Both the position numbers and the translations under genes were made by a program. Source: Mizuhopecten yessoensis (taxonomy: Eukaryota). From it: a stretch of 64,000 nt of DNA. A model generated the notes under the pieces. The model saw nothing but the letters and a program-made list of their open reading frames with translations, did not search any database and was not told the DNA's origin. This document shows positions 40,401 to 52,044 of the stretch, one piece after another. The first letter of the stretch is position 1, and each line of letters begins with the position of its first letter. The DNA is taken from the NCBI RefSeq assembly GCF_002113885.1, contig NW_018408815.1:627485-691484 (forward strand), read 5' to 3'.

Positions 40401-41439
40401 TAGGTGTATACAGTATATTTCTGTGATTAAACGATCCGTCGACAGATAGGTCAGGGTCGTTTTTACTGTCTGCTATATGTCATGTTGCTTAGTCAGTTTA
40501 CTCGTATTTTCAGTTGCAATGCTTGGTTTTGAAATCTTGCCCGAACATTTATTAAAGTATCATTTACATAGTTTTATATATTATATGGCTAATACATTTA
40601 TTGTATTGGACACGAAAATGTAGGGGACAATTTGAAGCTGAGGATTAATATTCTTTAGTAACTACACTGCATGTGAAGTAATATTTTAAGTAAAACCTAT
40701 ACGTTTACAGACACATACTACAATTGGCCTGCTGCTTCTTCAACTGATGGTGTGGGAACAATACCCAACAGTTGGCATTTTGTATCGCACAACATGATCG
40801 TATGTGTAAGAGTAACGTGAGTTAAGGATATGCTGCCACCGTTGCAACACTTATAACCAAAGATATTTTCCTTTCTTTACTTTTTAATTTGGTGTGTAAT
40901 TAAATTCCTTACATCACCACCATGTTGTTTTTAAATATATGAAAATGTATGCATTGGGCGTATGCATGTACACTTTAAGACCTCTTATCTAAGTGATGTG
41001 CACACTCACACTAAGAAATACATATAAAGATAATTTTGTAGAGAATTAGTAATATAGTAGTAAGGAAGTGCTATAAATAGCTTTAGAACCATATTTTGGT
41101 TAATAAAGACTAAGAAATCTTGTTTCGAGAGGGAATTGTGTGTAATTGAAAAAATAAATCAAGCCCAGAGAGTATGTTTTGCAAAACCGAAACGAAAGGG
41201 AAAAACGTATTCGGACATGGTTTGTTAAACCGTGATAAGGAAGATACACAAACGTTTATAGTAAGACTATATCTATTTAATGTGTACTAAGTGTTACAGA
41301 CTACAGTACAAAACGAGTTTATTCTTTAAAGCTGTGTAATCAGTAATTTAATAAAAAAAAAAATGCAATAATTCGCTACAGAACAGGCTTCACGGTAGTT
41401 TTTAGTGTATTAAGAGAACTGTTATTCAAGAATGTAATT

Positions 41440-41460
41440 GACTTTTGTTTTAACTTACAG
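41440..41460 (+). promoter_or_regulatory. 3' splice acceptor upstream of the GPCR coding exon (5' UTR intron)
   Basis: Pyrimidine tract ttttgttttaacttacAG|G ends at 41460, 70 nt before the ATG. No ATG lies between it and the start codon. Confidence 0.7.
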
Positions 41461-41530
41461 GGCATCCAGTATTTGAGACACTCACATACTCATCGATAAC
41501 ATCACAGTCACTTGTCAGGACACGGTAGAT

Positions 41531-42766
41531 ATGGCGCTCACCAACTCCAGTAACACGTCCTATGAGTATGACTTCCTCGAGTATTGTGACGAAGAGGACA
41601 ACACAACAGCCGTGGCCAACGTCACTATGGGCTTTCCTACCTCTATTTCCAGCATGACTGTTATACTTGTGACGTCATACTCTTTAATATGTTTTATCGG
41701 CCTGATTGGAAATGGATTGGTGATATATGTTGTTCTTCGGTTTGCTAAAATGAAGACTGTGACAAACTTATACATTTTAAATTTGGCCATATCTGACGCG
41801 TTCTTTCTCATGAGTCTACCTTTCCTGGTAACAACTTCTATTCTACATTACTGGCCATTTGGTGCAGCCATGTGTAAAATTTTCTTTGTCCTGGTGTCCA
41901 TCAACCTATTCACAGGAATCTTTACACTGACCGCTCTCAGCGGTGACCGATATCTGGCGGTCTGTCATCCGGTGCGGTCAAGCCAGTACCGGACCACAAA
42001 TATCGCGTTTTTTGTGTGCCTATGTCTCTGGTCAATATCCTTCGTGGTGATGTTACCCATAATTCTGTACTCGACGACTGTCCAACAGGACATGGGAAAT
42101 CCGACACATGAAACCTGCACCATCGTCTGGCCAAAAGGACAGCTCATACCAGCTAGCAAAGCGTTTACTTGGTACACGTTTCTGCTTGGTTTTGCGATTC
42201 CTGTGTCCATGATATCCGTTCTTTACCTATCCGTCATTCTCCGCTTACGTACGGTTGGGCCTGTTATCAAATCGAAGGAAAAGAGGAGAACACACAGGAA
42301 AGTGACCCGGATGGTTCTTACCGTGATCTTTGTGTACATAATTTGTTGGCTTCCCTACTGGGGATTCCAAGTTCACCTCACGTTCATGAAAAGCGGATTC
42401 AGCTTACCAGAGTGGCGTGTTTACTTGTTTAGTTTTTTTACTGTCCTCACAAACGCAAACAGTATGCTCAATCCAGTACTTTACGCTTTCCTGAGCGACA
42501 ACTTTCGTCGCAGTTTTGCGAAAGCATTCAAATGTCTGGGTCGAGCAGACATGGATCGTAGCATATATACCAGGGAAAGTAGCGTTCCTGCGAAAAGCAA
42601 ACAATGGCGTAACGACTCGTGCAAAACACCTAAAGGAGATAAGTACGAAATGGCTACCATGCTAACAAGTACTGATAACACTCATCAGGTGCCAAAGTCA
42701 GGCAGCAAGGGATCTGTCAACGACGAGAGTAACTTATACGTAGACAAGGAGAGTCAGACCCAGTGA
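41531..42766 (+). CDS. AstC-R: Class A neuropeptide GPCR, allatostatin-C receptor / somatostatin receptor-like (411 aa, single coding exon)
   Basis: Seven hydrophobic segments with rhodopsin-family motifs: GN (TM1), NLAISD (TM2), WPFG and C3.25, DRY, CWLPY (TM6), NPVLY-AFLSDNF (TM7/H8). The stretch 'GNGLVIYVVLRFAKMKTVTNLYILNLA' and the tail 'AFLSDNFRRSF' are characteristic of the SSTR/AstC-R clade. No Asp at 3.32, as in protostome AstC receptors. Four N-terminal N-glycosylation sequons. In-frame TGA at 41474-41476 supports this ATG. Confidence 0.93.
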   Translation: MALTNSSNTSYEYDFLEYCDEEDNTTAVANVTMGFPTSISSMTVILVTSYSLICFIGLIGNGLVIYVVLRFAKMKTVTNLYILNLAISDAFFLMSLPFLVTTSILHYWPFGAAMCKIFFVLVSINLFTGIFTLTALSGDRYLAVCHPVRSSQYRTTNIAFFVCLCLWSISFVVMLPIILYSTTVQQDMGNPTHETCTIVWPKGQLIPASKAFTWYTFLLGFAIPVSMISVLYLSVILRLRTVGPVIKSKEKRRTHRKVTRMVLTVIFVYIICWLPYWGFQVHLTFMKSGFSLPEWRVYLFSFFTVLTNANSMLNPVLYAFLSDNFRRSFAKAFKCLGRADMDRSIYTRESSVPAKSKQWRNDSCKTPKGDKYEMATMLTSTDNTHQVPKSGSKGSVNDESNLYVDKESQTQ

Positions 42767-43494
42767 CTGGCCAGCAGAGCGATCACGTGGTGACCTACCT
42801 TTGGCCAGAACGCGGTTCATACATTCAAAGGATAGAATACACGTGTTCGTTCAATATAAAATAATATTATTTCTTCTCTGGTAGAGATTGGCGCTTTGTT
42901 AAGCGAGAATATCGTTTGATGGAGTGTTGTACGTTACCAAATATGTAAACACGTGACTCGTCCGCCGTGATAGGACACTAATGGTTTATCATACTGTCTT
43001 TCAGTCGATTTAGGAACAAACATTTGAAGATAATTTGGACTGTATGACTGTTTGAAAGCAACACGCTATACGCACTCTGACGTGAATGAAGTTCCAATCA
43101 CCTGAAACACAGTATAACATGTATTTCAATGTAATACGTGAACCGTAATGGGCCGAATTTATATGACAAATTGAGTACTACTTCTATACCTAAACCTACA
43201 GTATCTAAATGTATTGTGAAATTGTACCATACTTATGATAAATGACGTGAACATAGCTCGCCTGTCGTATACAGTGTGTGTGATATATAGTTTGTTTGTG
43301 GTAGTTGATCTTTCGTCGTATTTCAGACCCTAAGAAATCGATTGTTTGAATCCGTCAAAACGACTGGTTGGATCGTTCGGATAATTAAATCATCAGTGTT
43401 TACATTTCTACATTTGTTTTGCTTAATGTATCTATTCTATTGTTACCACCTATATTTAGGCAATGTGATAATACAGAAGAAATGTATGTTCTCT

Positions 43495-44815
43495 AGTGTC
43501 ATCTCAACGACACAAACAACTAATCACAGTGTCATCTCAACGACACAAACAACTATATCACACTGTCATCTCATACACTCAAAATATATACAGTATCATA
43601 ACGTCATCTCAAAGACACAAACAACTATATCACACTGTCATCTCATACACTCAAGATATATAACATAGCCTCATCTCAACGACACAAACAAATATATCAC
43701 AATGTCATCTCACCGACACAAACAACTAATCACGGTGTCATCTCATACACTCAAAATATATATCATAGCGTCATCTCACAGTCACAAACAACTATATCAC
43801 AGTGTCATCTCATACACTCAAGATATATAACAAAGCGTCGTCTCAACGACACAAACAACTATAGCACAGTGTCATCTCAACGACACAAACAACTAATCAC
43901 AGTGTCATCTCATACACTCAAGATATATAACATAGCGTCATCTCACAGACACAAACAACTATATCACAGTGTCATCTCATACACTCAAAATATATATCAT
44001 AGCGTCATTTCACAGACACAAACAACTATATCACAGTGTCATCTCATACACTCGAAATATATATTATAGCGTCACCTCACAGACACAAACAACTATATCA
44101 CGGTGTCATCTCATACACTCAAAATATATATAGCGTCATTTCACAGACACAAACAACTATATTACAGTGTCATCTCAAACACTCAAAATATATATAATAG
44201 CGTCATTTCACAGACACAAACAACTATATCACAGTGTCATCTCAAACCCTCAAAATATATATTATAGCGTCACCTCACAGACACAAACAACTATATAACA
44301 GTGTCATCTCATACACTCAAAATATATACAGTATCATAACGTCATCTCAAAGACACAAACAACTATATCATAGCGTCATCTCACAGACACGAAAACTATA
44401 TCAAAGTGTCATCTGACAGACACAAAAACTATATCAAAGTGTCATCTAACAGACACAAACACTATATCATAACGTCATTTCACAGACACAAAAATCTATA
44501 TCGTAGTGTCATTTCACAGACAGCATTTATATAACAATGTCATCTCACAGACACAAAAACTAGTTCATAGTATCATCTGAGTCTCACAGACACGAACACT
44601 ATATAATAGCGTCATCTCACAGACACAAAAATATATCAAAGTGTCATTTCACAGACACAAACATTATATCATAGCGTCATCTCACAGACACAACACTATA
44701 TCATAGCGTCATCTCATAGATACAAAAACTATATCATAGCGTCATCTCACAGACAAAACTATATCAAAGTGGCATCTCACAGACATAAAATATGTATCAT
44801 AGTGCCATCTCACAT
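43495..44815. repeat. Minisatellite, 33-34 bp units, partly as an A/B dimer (about 67 bp)
   Basis: A = gtcatctcacagacacaaacaactatatcacagt and B = gtcatctcatacactcaaaatatatatcatagc alternate up to about 44340; A-type only thereafter. Confidence 0.95.
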
Positions 44816-45702
44816 GGACGATATCTCGATTTATATTCAACACGAAAACCATTATAAATAAAAACAGACAGCGGAGCTTAACAAAGACATGATGGTTTTC
44901 AAGCTACTGGATTATTGTATTATTTTCCCTATGACACGTTAACATCCGTACCTTTTTCTAGTATTAATCATTATTCAACTTTAGTACTATAATTACTACA
45001 GGACTTCACATGCAAAGTGCTATAATAGTTTTACTGATACATTGTAAGTACAATTGTACATTTTGTGTAACACTGTCACGTGATCATCAAACAGACTTAA
45101 GTTCACGTTCAAACACATGTTAATTTTTGGTACAATTTAATGTAATGACATAATTCATTTGAACGTTAAATGTGTCATGATCCTTGAGCCATATCCTCTT
45201 TTGTTTACTTCATAGTTTATTACGATCAGCACGATACGGTTCTGGCAAAGGATATCAAACAGATCCTACTGTTTGATTGATTTATGCCATTTACTGATGT
45301 TTTGAGTTGACATCGATATTTAACAATTCCATATCAGTATTTTCACGGGGATACCGATATATGTTTACACAAATTAACTTTCTCTTTTGTATTTCAGTTT
45401 CTAAATTATCAAAACAAGAATTGTGAATTTAGGTTTTGAACATGAATCTGTTACATGTATAAAGATTTGTATAAATGTTGATTTGTGTGTTATAATGGAA
45501 TCTTCAAATCGTATAACTTCTTGGAAGAATTGTTCATTCAACATAATCATGATTGTGTATTTGTTAAGATATATATGTCTACTGACATAATGTCTATATA
45601 TATATTTGAAAATGAATTACGAGTTGTTATATTATGAACGAGTATATTTTCTGAATGTCTGTAGAATGTACTAGAATGGTTAACTGTTAATGTTGTTTGT
45701 GT

Positions 45703-45708
45703 AATAAA
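45703..45708 (+). promoter_or_regulatory. Candidate polyadenylation signal of the GPCR transcript
   Basis: AATAAA at the end of a T/TGTA-rich UTR-like stretch (about 44900-45720), followed by a GT-rich element (tgtgtt near 45730). Alternatives: AATAAA at 44857, ATTAAA near 43384. Confidence 0.4.
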
Positions 45709-46099
45709 TCATGGTTATAAAAATTGCACTGTGTTAATACTATTGCCACTTAATTGTTATATTGTAGTATTGACATATCGTTCATTGAACAAGTAAGATA
45801 CTAAAAAAAAAGAATTCAAAGGTGTAAATAACACGAAAGAAAAACACAGGAATACCAAACCAGTAGACAGTAAGTTAAATTATTGTTGATATACTACAGT
45901 GCATGATAACGTATGTTTCGCTATCACATGATCATATTACAATACATAAACGCACATTTTATAACAAAATTTCAATTGAATATCTTACTTACGAGTGTCT
46001 ACACTTAACCATAGATTTTCCATGTGTTGTTTAATACAAGTGAATGCTACAAGATCCCTTCTAAACAATATATTCATTACATGACCTAAGTATGTTTCA

Positions 46100-47070
46100 T
46101 TATGACGGGAAACATCAGGACGGGAAGACTCATGACCGGAGCCCTATAGCAGGAGACATCAGTACAGGAAAAATTACAACCTGAACCCTCTAACAGGAGA
46201 CACCAACACGGGAAGACTGATAAACGGAGCCCCCTAACAGGAGACACCAGTTCGTGAAAAAACATGACCGGAGCCCTCCAACAGGAGACACCAGTACGGG
46301 AAGACTCATGACCGGAGCCCTCTAACAGGAGACACCAGTACTGCAAGACTCATGACCGGAGCCCTCTAACAGGTAACACTAGTATGGGAAGACTCATGAT
46401 CGGAGCCCTCCAACAGGAGACACCATTACGGGAAGACTCATGACCGGAGCCCTCTAACAGGAGACACCAGTACTGCAAGACTCATGACCGGGGCTTTCTA
46501 ACAGGTAACACCAGTATGGGAAGACTCATGACCGGAGCCCTCTAACAGGAGACACAAGTACGGGAAGACTCATGACCGGATCCCTCTAACAGGAGACACC
46601 AGTACTGCAAGACTCATGACCGGGGCTTTCTTACAGGTAACACCAGTATGAGAAGACTCATAACCGGAGCCCTCTAACAGGAGACACAAATACGGGAAGA
46701 CTCATGACCGGAGCCCTCTAACAGGAGACACAAGTACGGGAAGACTCATGACCGCTTGAGCCCTCTAACAGGTAACACCAGTACGAGAAGTCTCATGACC
46801 GGAGCCCTCTAACAGGTAACACCAGTATGGGAAGACTCATGACCGGAGCCCTCTAATGGGTAACACCAGTATGGGAAGACTCATGACCGGAGCCCTCTAA
46901 CAGGAGACACAAGTACGGGAAGACTCATGACCGGATCCCTCTAACAGGAGACACAAGTACGGGAGGACTCATGACCGGAGCCCTCTAACAGGAGACACCA
47001 GTACGGGAAGACTCATGACTGGAGCCCTCTAACAGGTTACACCAGTACGGGAAGACTCATAACCGGAGAT
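46100..47070. repeat. Minisatellite, 44 bp unit (about 22 copies), GC-richer than flanks
   Basis: gggaagactcatgaccggagccctctaacaggagacaccagtac repeated. Confidence 0.97.
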
Positions 47071-48509
47071 CTGTTGGTGTTTCTTTTTCTGATGTTAAAG
47101 TGTTGAAATATGACGATATCAAATATAAGGAAATACATTTTTCTTTATATATGTCTTATGATAACTGAAAGGGTTTCTTTTTTAAACAATGTGTAAAACT
47201 ATTTATTCATACTTCTGTATCTTTAAATTGGAAAGATGTTTTCTTTTTATAACAACATCAACTGTATTTAGATTATACCATAAATCTACCACGAAGGTGA
47301 GAATGGCGACATGGCCATGTGCAGTAACATTGTAAAATAAAGGGGCGCCTTTCTCTGTTCATAGCACTATTATGTGTATCAGTTTTCTTTAGCAGTTTCT
47401 GATGGAGGGATGGTTGGGCCTAATCTTTACATAACTCGAGTTAGTTAATAATAAATTGCATGAAGCTGAAGGAAATGAGGTAAATAAGACGACTAGGTAT
47501 GTCGACATTTGGAACCGTTTTCCCTATCAGGTTAACATTGTGTTTTGAATATCACATGTTTGTCTTTTGGAAACGAAGACTGCATTTTATACAGATATAT
47601 AATTAAAACGAACAACGGCTGAAGGTCATGACGTCACCATGTAAGGCATTAACAATGACATATAAAGTCTTGTTAATATATATGTAATTTTTATCTTGGA
47701 ATAAACATTCTATTAAAATGGAAAATGAAATCATCCCGAAATATGTCGGTTACTTAAGTTAAGGACACGTTTTACTTTAATGTCATGTTCATCTAGTGAC
47801 CTCTTCATGGTTAAGTCTACTGTATTTATTTAAGCATTGAACTGGTTTTGTGTGGTATTTATGATCTATTTGAATGACACAGCTTTGCAAGCAAACAACA
47901 TAATGCACGCTTCAAATAGATCATAAATACCATAAAAAACAGTTCAATACTTATATTTACGTTTTCTCTGTCTCTTATGTTCTTTTTTAACTTATAATTT
48001 ATATATATAAAAAAAAAAAAATCCCGCCTTATCGACAGTCCACACAATTTCGTTCAATAGTTTGAACAGCGTATTGTCGCGTGATGATTGGAAATCAAAC
48101 ACTTCAACTTTATTCCACAATTCAGTATCAATACAATTGCGTATGATATGTATATAGTGTGATTTAAGTTTATCAATAGAACTCTGAGCTGAAAGTTAGA
48201 TTTGAAATTGTTACGATTTTCCCCCGGAACAAATTTCGCGCATGGACAAATACAGTGAACACCGTAAATCCGACCTTGCCCTCCACGAGGGAGTTATTTT
48301 TGGAAGTTTATTCGAACTTTTCTCTTTGCTCATTTTGTGAAGAATCCAGGCGTGAATTTATTTGTTGATTGTATGGGAACCTGACAACAGTCGGTAGATT
48401 CTATAACAGCCTCGTTATTTGACCTGTCGTCAGAATTAAACTGAGGAACCGTAGATGCGAGACGCGTGAAACTGATAGCGTTTGAAGTGAGTGATCTTGC
48501 GACGGAGCA

Positions 48510-48631
48510 CAGGTTCGTTACAAATGTCTGAAATGTTTATGTGTGCTGTGACTCATATCAGTAGGTCTGTAACATATGTGTCAGTAGGTCTATAGAATAT
48601 GTGTATTTCAGACATTTGTAACGAACCCCTG
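48510..48631. mobile_element. Tiny MITE with 23 bp perfect TIR core
   Basis: ggttcgttacaaatgtctgaaat (48512-48534) and atttcagacatttgtaacgaacc (48605-48627); right terminus cccctg. Confidence 0.75.
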
Positions 48632-49554
48632 TTGATCAGTGCAGTGTAACAGACGATATTTCTGATAAATTGCATGAGCGTTAAAATTGTTTCCATTGCC
48701 GGCATTGGTGATTTCAACCGATGTGCATTTTGTACGATATTGCAGACCTTGGTCTTGTTTTCGTTGAAATAAAAGTGTTTTTTATTTTATTTTTTATTTT
48801 ACACATAAATTTACAATGACATTGTCAAATCTCACAATGCCCAGCGATATTTCAGCAGCCGTCATGTTTATTTATATTGGATATTGTAGTTCCGGTCAGT
48901 GTTGTATTAATACGCTAAAAATTGTGTCTCGTGATGCATGGTAATTAAAGTCCCATCAACGACACAGTTTTCAAAGAGGCTATAGTAGTGACAATGCCAT
49001 GCAAATGTTAATATTTGTGTTTTCACATCAGGGTCGAAGACAAAAATAAAAATATAAACACTTGTAATAATTCTGCTAGGTATACCACTACAATAGTGTT
49101 GTGAGAGGTACACTATACTGTACACTAGCGTTGTAATATGTATAATTACATTAATGTTTCGAGATACTGTAAACAACTTCGTTATAGTGTCTATAATATA
49201 AAATAGTATATTTATTTTTGTAATAACATCATTTTTCGGAAAAAGATATAAACGTTAGTGTTTTAAGATATACGGTATATATGTGCTGTGAGTCCTACAA
49301 TGATAAAATCTGTAATTTATATAAATATAAGTGCTGTGAATTATACAACGGCAATTGTGTATATTTATACGCTATTTTATATTTCAGCTTTGAAAATGGG
49401 GGAAAAAGTGGTCAAAGTGTCAACTCTATTGTTTCCCATCCGGATGCTCCTCACGACGCCACAGGTTTAACGAGATCTATATGAGGCCTTGGGAGATTGA
49501 ACTCCCTGCACGGGTTCATTTCCACACTGTTTTGTGGCTAATATAACTTTAGTG

Positions 49555-49660
49555 GCAGCAGCAGCTGGCCCTGTGCGACCTGAGCGTTGACTTCATTAAG
49601 AGCGACAATGTCCTTGCTGACAACAGGACCTCCTTTTTTATTGTCGAAACTTCCCGTGCG
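49555..49660 (-). mobile_element. Probable SINE 3' fragment (Deu/Nin-like core)
   Basis: GC-rich island with aaaaaggaggtcctg on the minus strand, reminiscent of the Deu/Nin SINE core. Recognised from memory only. Confidence 0.3.
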
Positions 49661-51620
49661 TGGTGCCGTTAGATTGTGTTTTATTAACCGATCGTTAGCT
49701 TTGATGTCAGCTCAACATAACTGAATATCTATCTTTTATTGACTATCACATAATTGAGACGTGTCTTCCGGGACATGGTTTTGCGTCATTTGTTACTTTA
49801 CGTTATCCTCTCTCACACCTCAGCGGTCACAGATAAATTCGTGCTTATTCTTTACGAACAACATTGACAGTTCGTGTTACTGTTATACACTGCAAATAAT
49901 AACAGGAGCGAGTGGGAAATTAAATGTATCAGTTGTGGGATTTAGTAAGTGATAAACAGTTTATTGAAGTTCATACTGCAATGATATAAACACGTACATA
50001 TGTATACTGAAAACTAGAATGTTGTTCCTTATGGGCTAACAAACTGTTTCCTTCAATAAGTTTTTAAGAAAAGTTTCATTTTAATACAAAATGAAAACTA
50101 ATCCAATAACTTGTTATAACTTGTAATTATCATATCATTTTGCAATATCTAATAACAATTTTTTTTTATGAATTTATGGAAATGTCAATTCACACACCAT
50201 CATAGAAAACATGATATTAAAATTGAATTGCTTCGATTTAATACTAGAATCTTACATAATCCTATTCTATATAAAGACATCCATTAAAACTGCTACAATA
50301 TTGAAGGTATACTAGGGAGCAGTGAGAAAGTCACCATTTGTTTTCCGTTATACTAACTCCAGATTTCGACTGACTAGCTCAATATCAACTCCTACTATTT
50401 TTATTCTAACTCGACATTACAACCCATGTTTTACAGATTACACCAGGAGAATGATGTGATTGTACCGTAACAATCGCTAGTCTATTACAATTGTTATGTA
50501 TATGTTTGCCTATAGAAGTTAAACATTCGGTAACTGTCATTATGATCATGTTTAAATAGGCAGTTATCCTTATCCATTTGTATTTTTTAATTAGTATTTT
50601 ATGACATATCCTTGTATTGCATTATTGATGAGAGTACTTTACATTATGTATTTCATTTGGACATGCTTCCACGCCTGAATCATACTTGCTTGCTAAACAA
50701 AGTCACTTTATTATTTTTCATTAAATTTTGTTGAAATCGGATTGTGTTGCATGTTTAGGTTTCCGTTATCACTAGAATCATATCATCTATTGCCGTTTTC
50801 AATACGATTATGGATAGTGCCAATCACACATGTATCGTCACCTTGTACAAAAGACAACATACACATTGGAAAATTAAACAATCGACAAGAATATGAACGA
50901 TCAGTTACTTTAATGATGCACTGAGATCTTTTCACAATTTTGAGTATGTTAACTTTATTTTATCATCTACATATGTACATGGTTCTATGCTATTTCACAT
51001 ACAGCTTTTTTTTTAAAACTCATTACGTAAAAGCTGAACAAAGGTTGCCACCAGTACTTCTAGGACCTTTGATCAATCAATTGTCTTACAGTGACAGCAT
51101 GGAGCATATATACATACTGTTTAAATGTTTTGATTACCTATTTATGTTGTAGTAGCATTTTCAGATTTTTCTGTTGAGGTTTTTTAATGTTTACATTTTG
51201 ACGAGAAGTAGCACAGAAAGATTTGAAAATAATGGAATGATATAGCAGCAATTTTCCATCTTATGCATTTAAAATGACCAGTTGTTATCACTTACAGCAA
51301 CGCAGAAATGTACTCTGATGGACACACATCAAATACTGACAGAATATGCACTTAAATAGGTAATTTGTTAGATGTACACTGTACACTTAAAAATAGAAAT
51401 ATACAACATTTTATATAGTGCCCTATCTAGATAGAATAAGCCACGCTAAAGCGCTTTACAGTACATAGATATACAATTCATGTAATATATACATTAAGCA
51501 ATAACATTTTGAGGAATTTGCAGGAGCTGCCTTATCAGGCGCTAATTACTAGTTATATGCCACCTGACTAATATCTCCCTATGAGTATATGCTTGCGTGT
51601 GTGCTGGAGATGTACTGTGT

Positions 51621-51863
51621 TCTGTTTACAGTAGGACCCTGCTTCCAACGGTATCATTAATAGTGCCACCTCACTTGAATGAAACAGCAAATATACCGCA
51701 ACATCCACCCCAGACCATGTTATACTCCATCTTGGTTGATGGAGTTGTGTGAGCAGAAGAAAAACACTTTCTCTGCATATTCCATGCGTACGACGACTTC
51801 GAGGGTCGATCCCCGGCCGCCTGCTTGGAAGGCCGGAGTGTTAGCCACTCGACCAATCCGCCC
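51621..51863 (-). mobile_element. tRNA-derived SINE, family A copy 2
   Basis: Reverse complement aligns over its full length with 20976-21222. Confidence 0.85.
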
Positions 51864-52044
51864 ATACTCTTTTATGTGTCTCCTTTAAGTTGTATTCTCT
51901 GAATTTGTCTGTGTAGTTGTAAGAAAGAGAGAAAAAAACTTAACAGATATATATGTAAGAAAACTTTGCAAATAAAAATTGACGAGGAACCAGGAAATCA
52001 AGAATGAAAGTTACCTAACACATCATTTGTGTGATTTTCAATTT

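Noticed and set aside
41560-42681. Antisense and alternative-frame ORFs over the GPCR
   Set aside because: Shadow ORFs of the real CDS.
46100-47070. CRISPR-like periodicity in this and other arrays
   Set aside because: No unique spacers, no cas genes, eukaryotic context.
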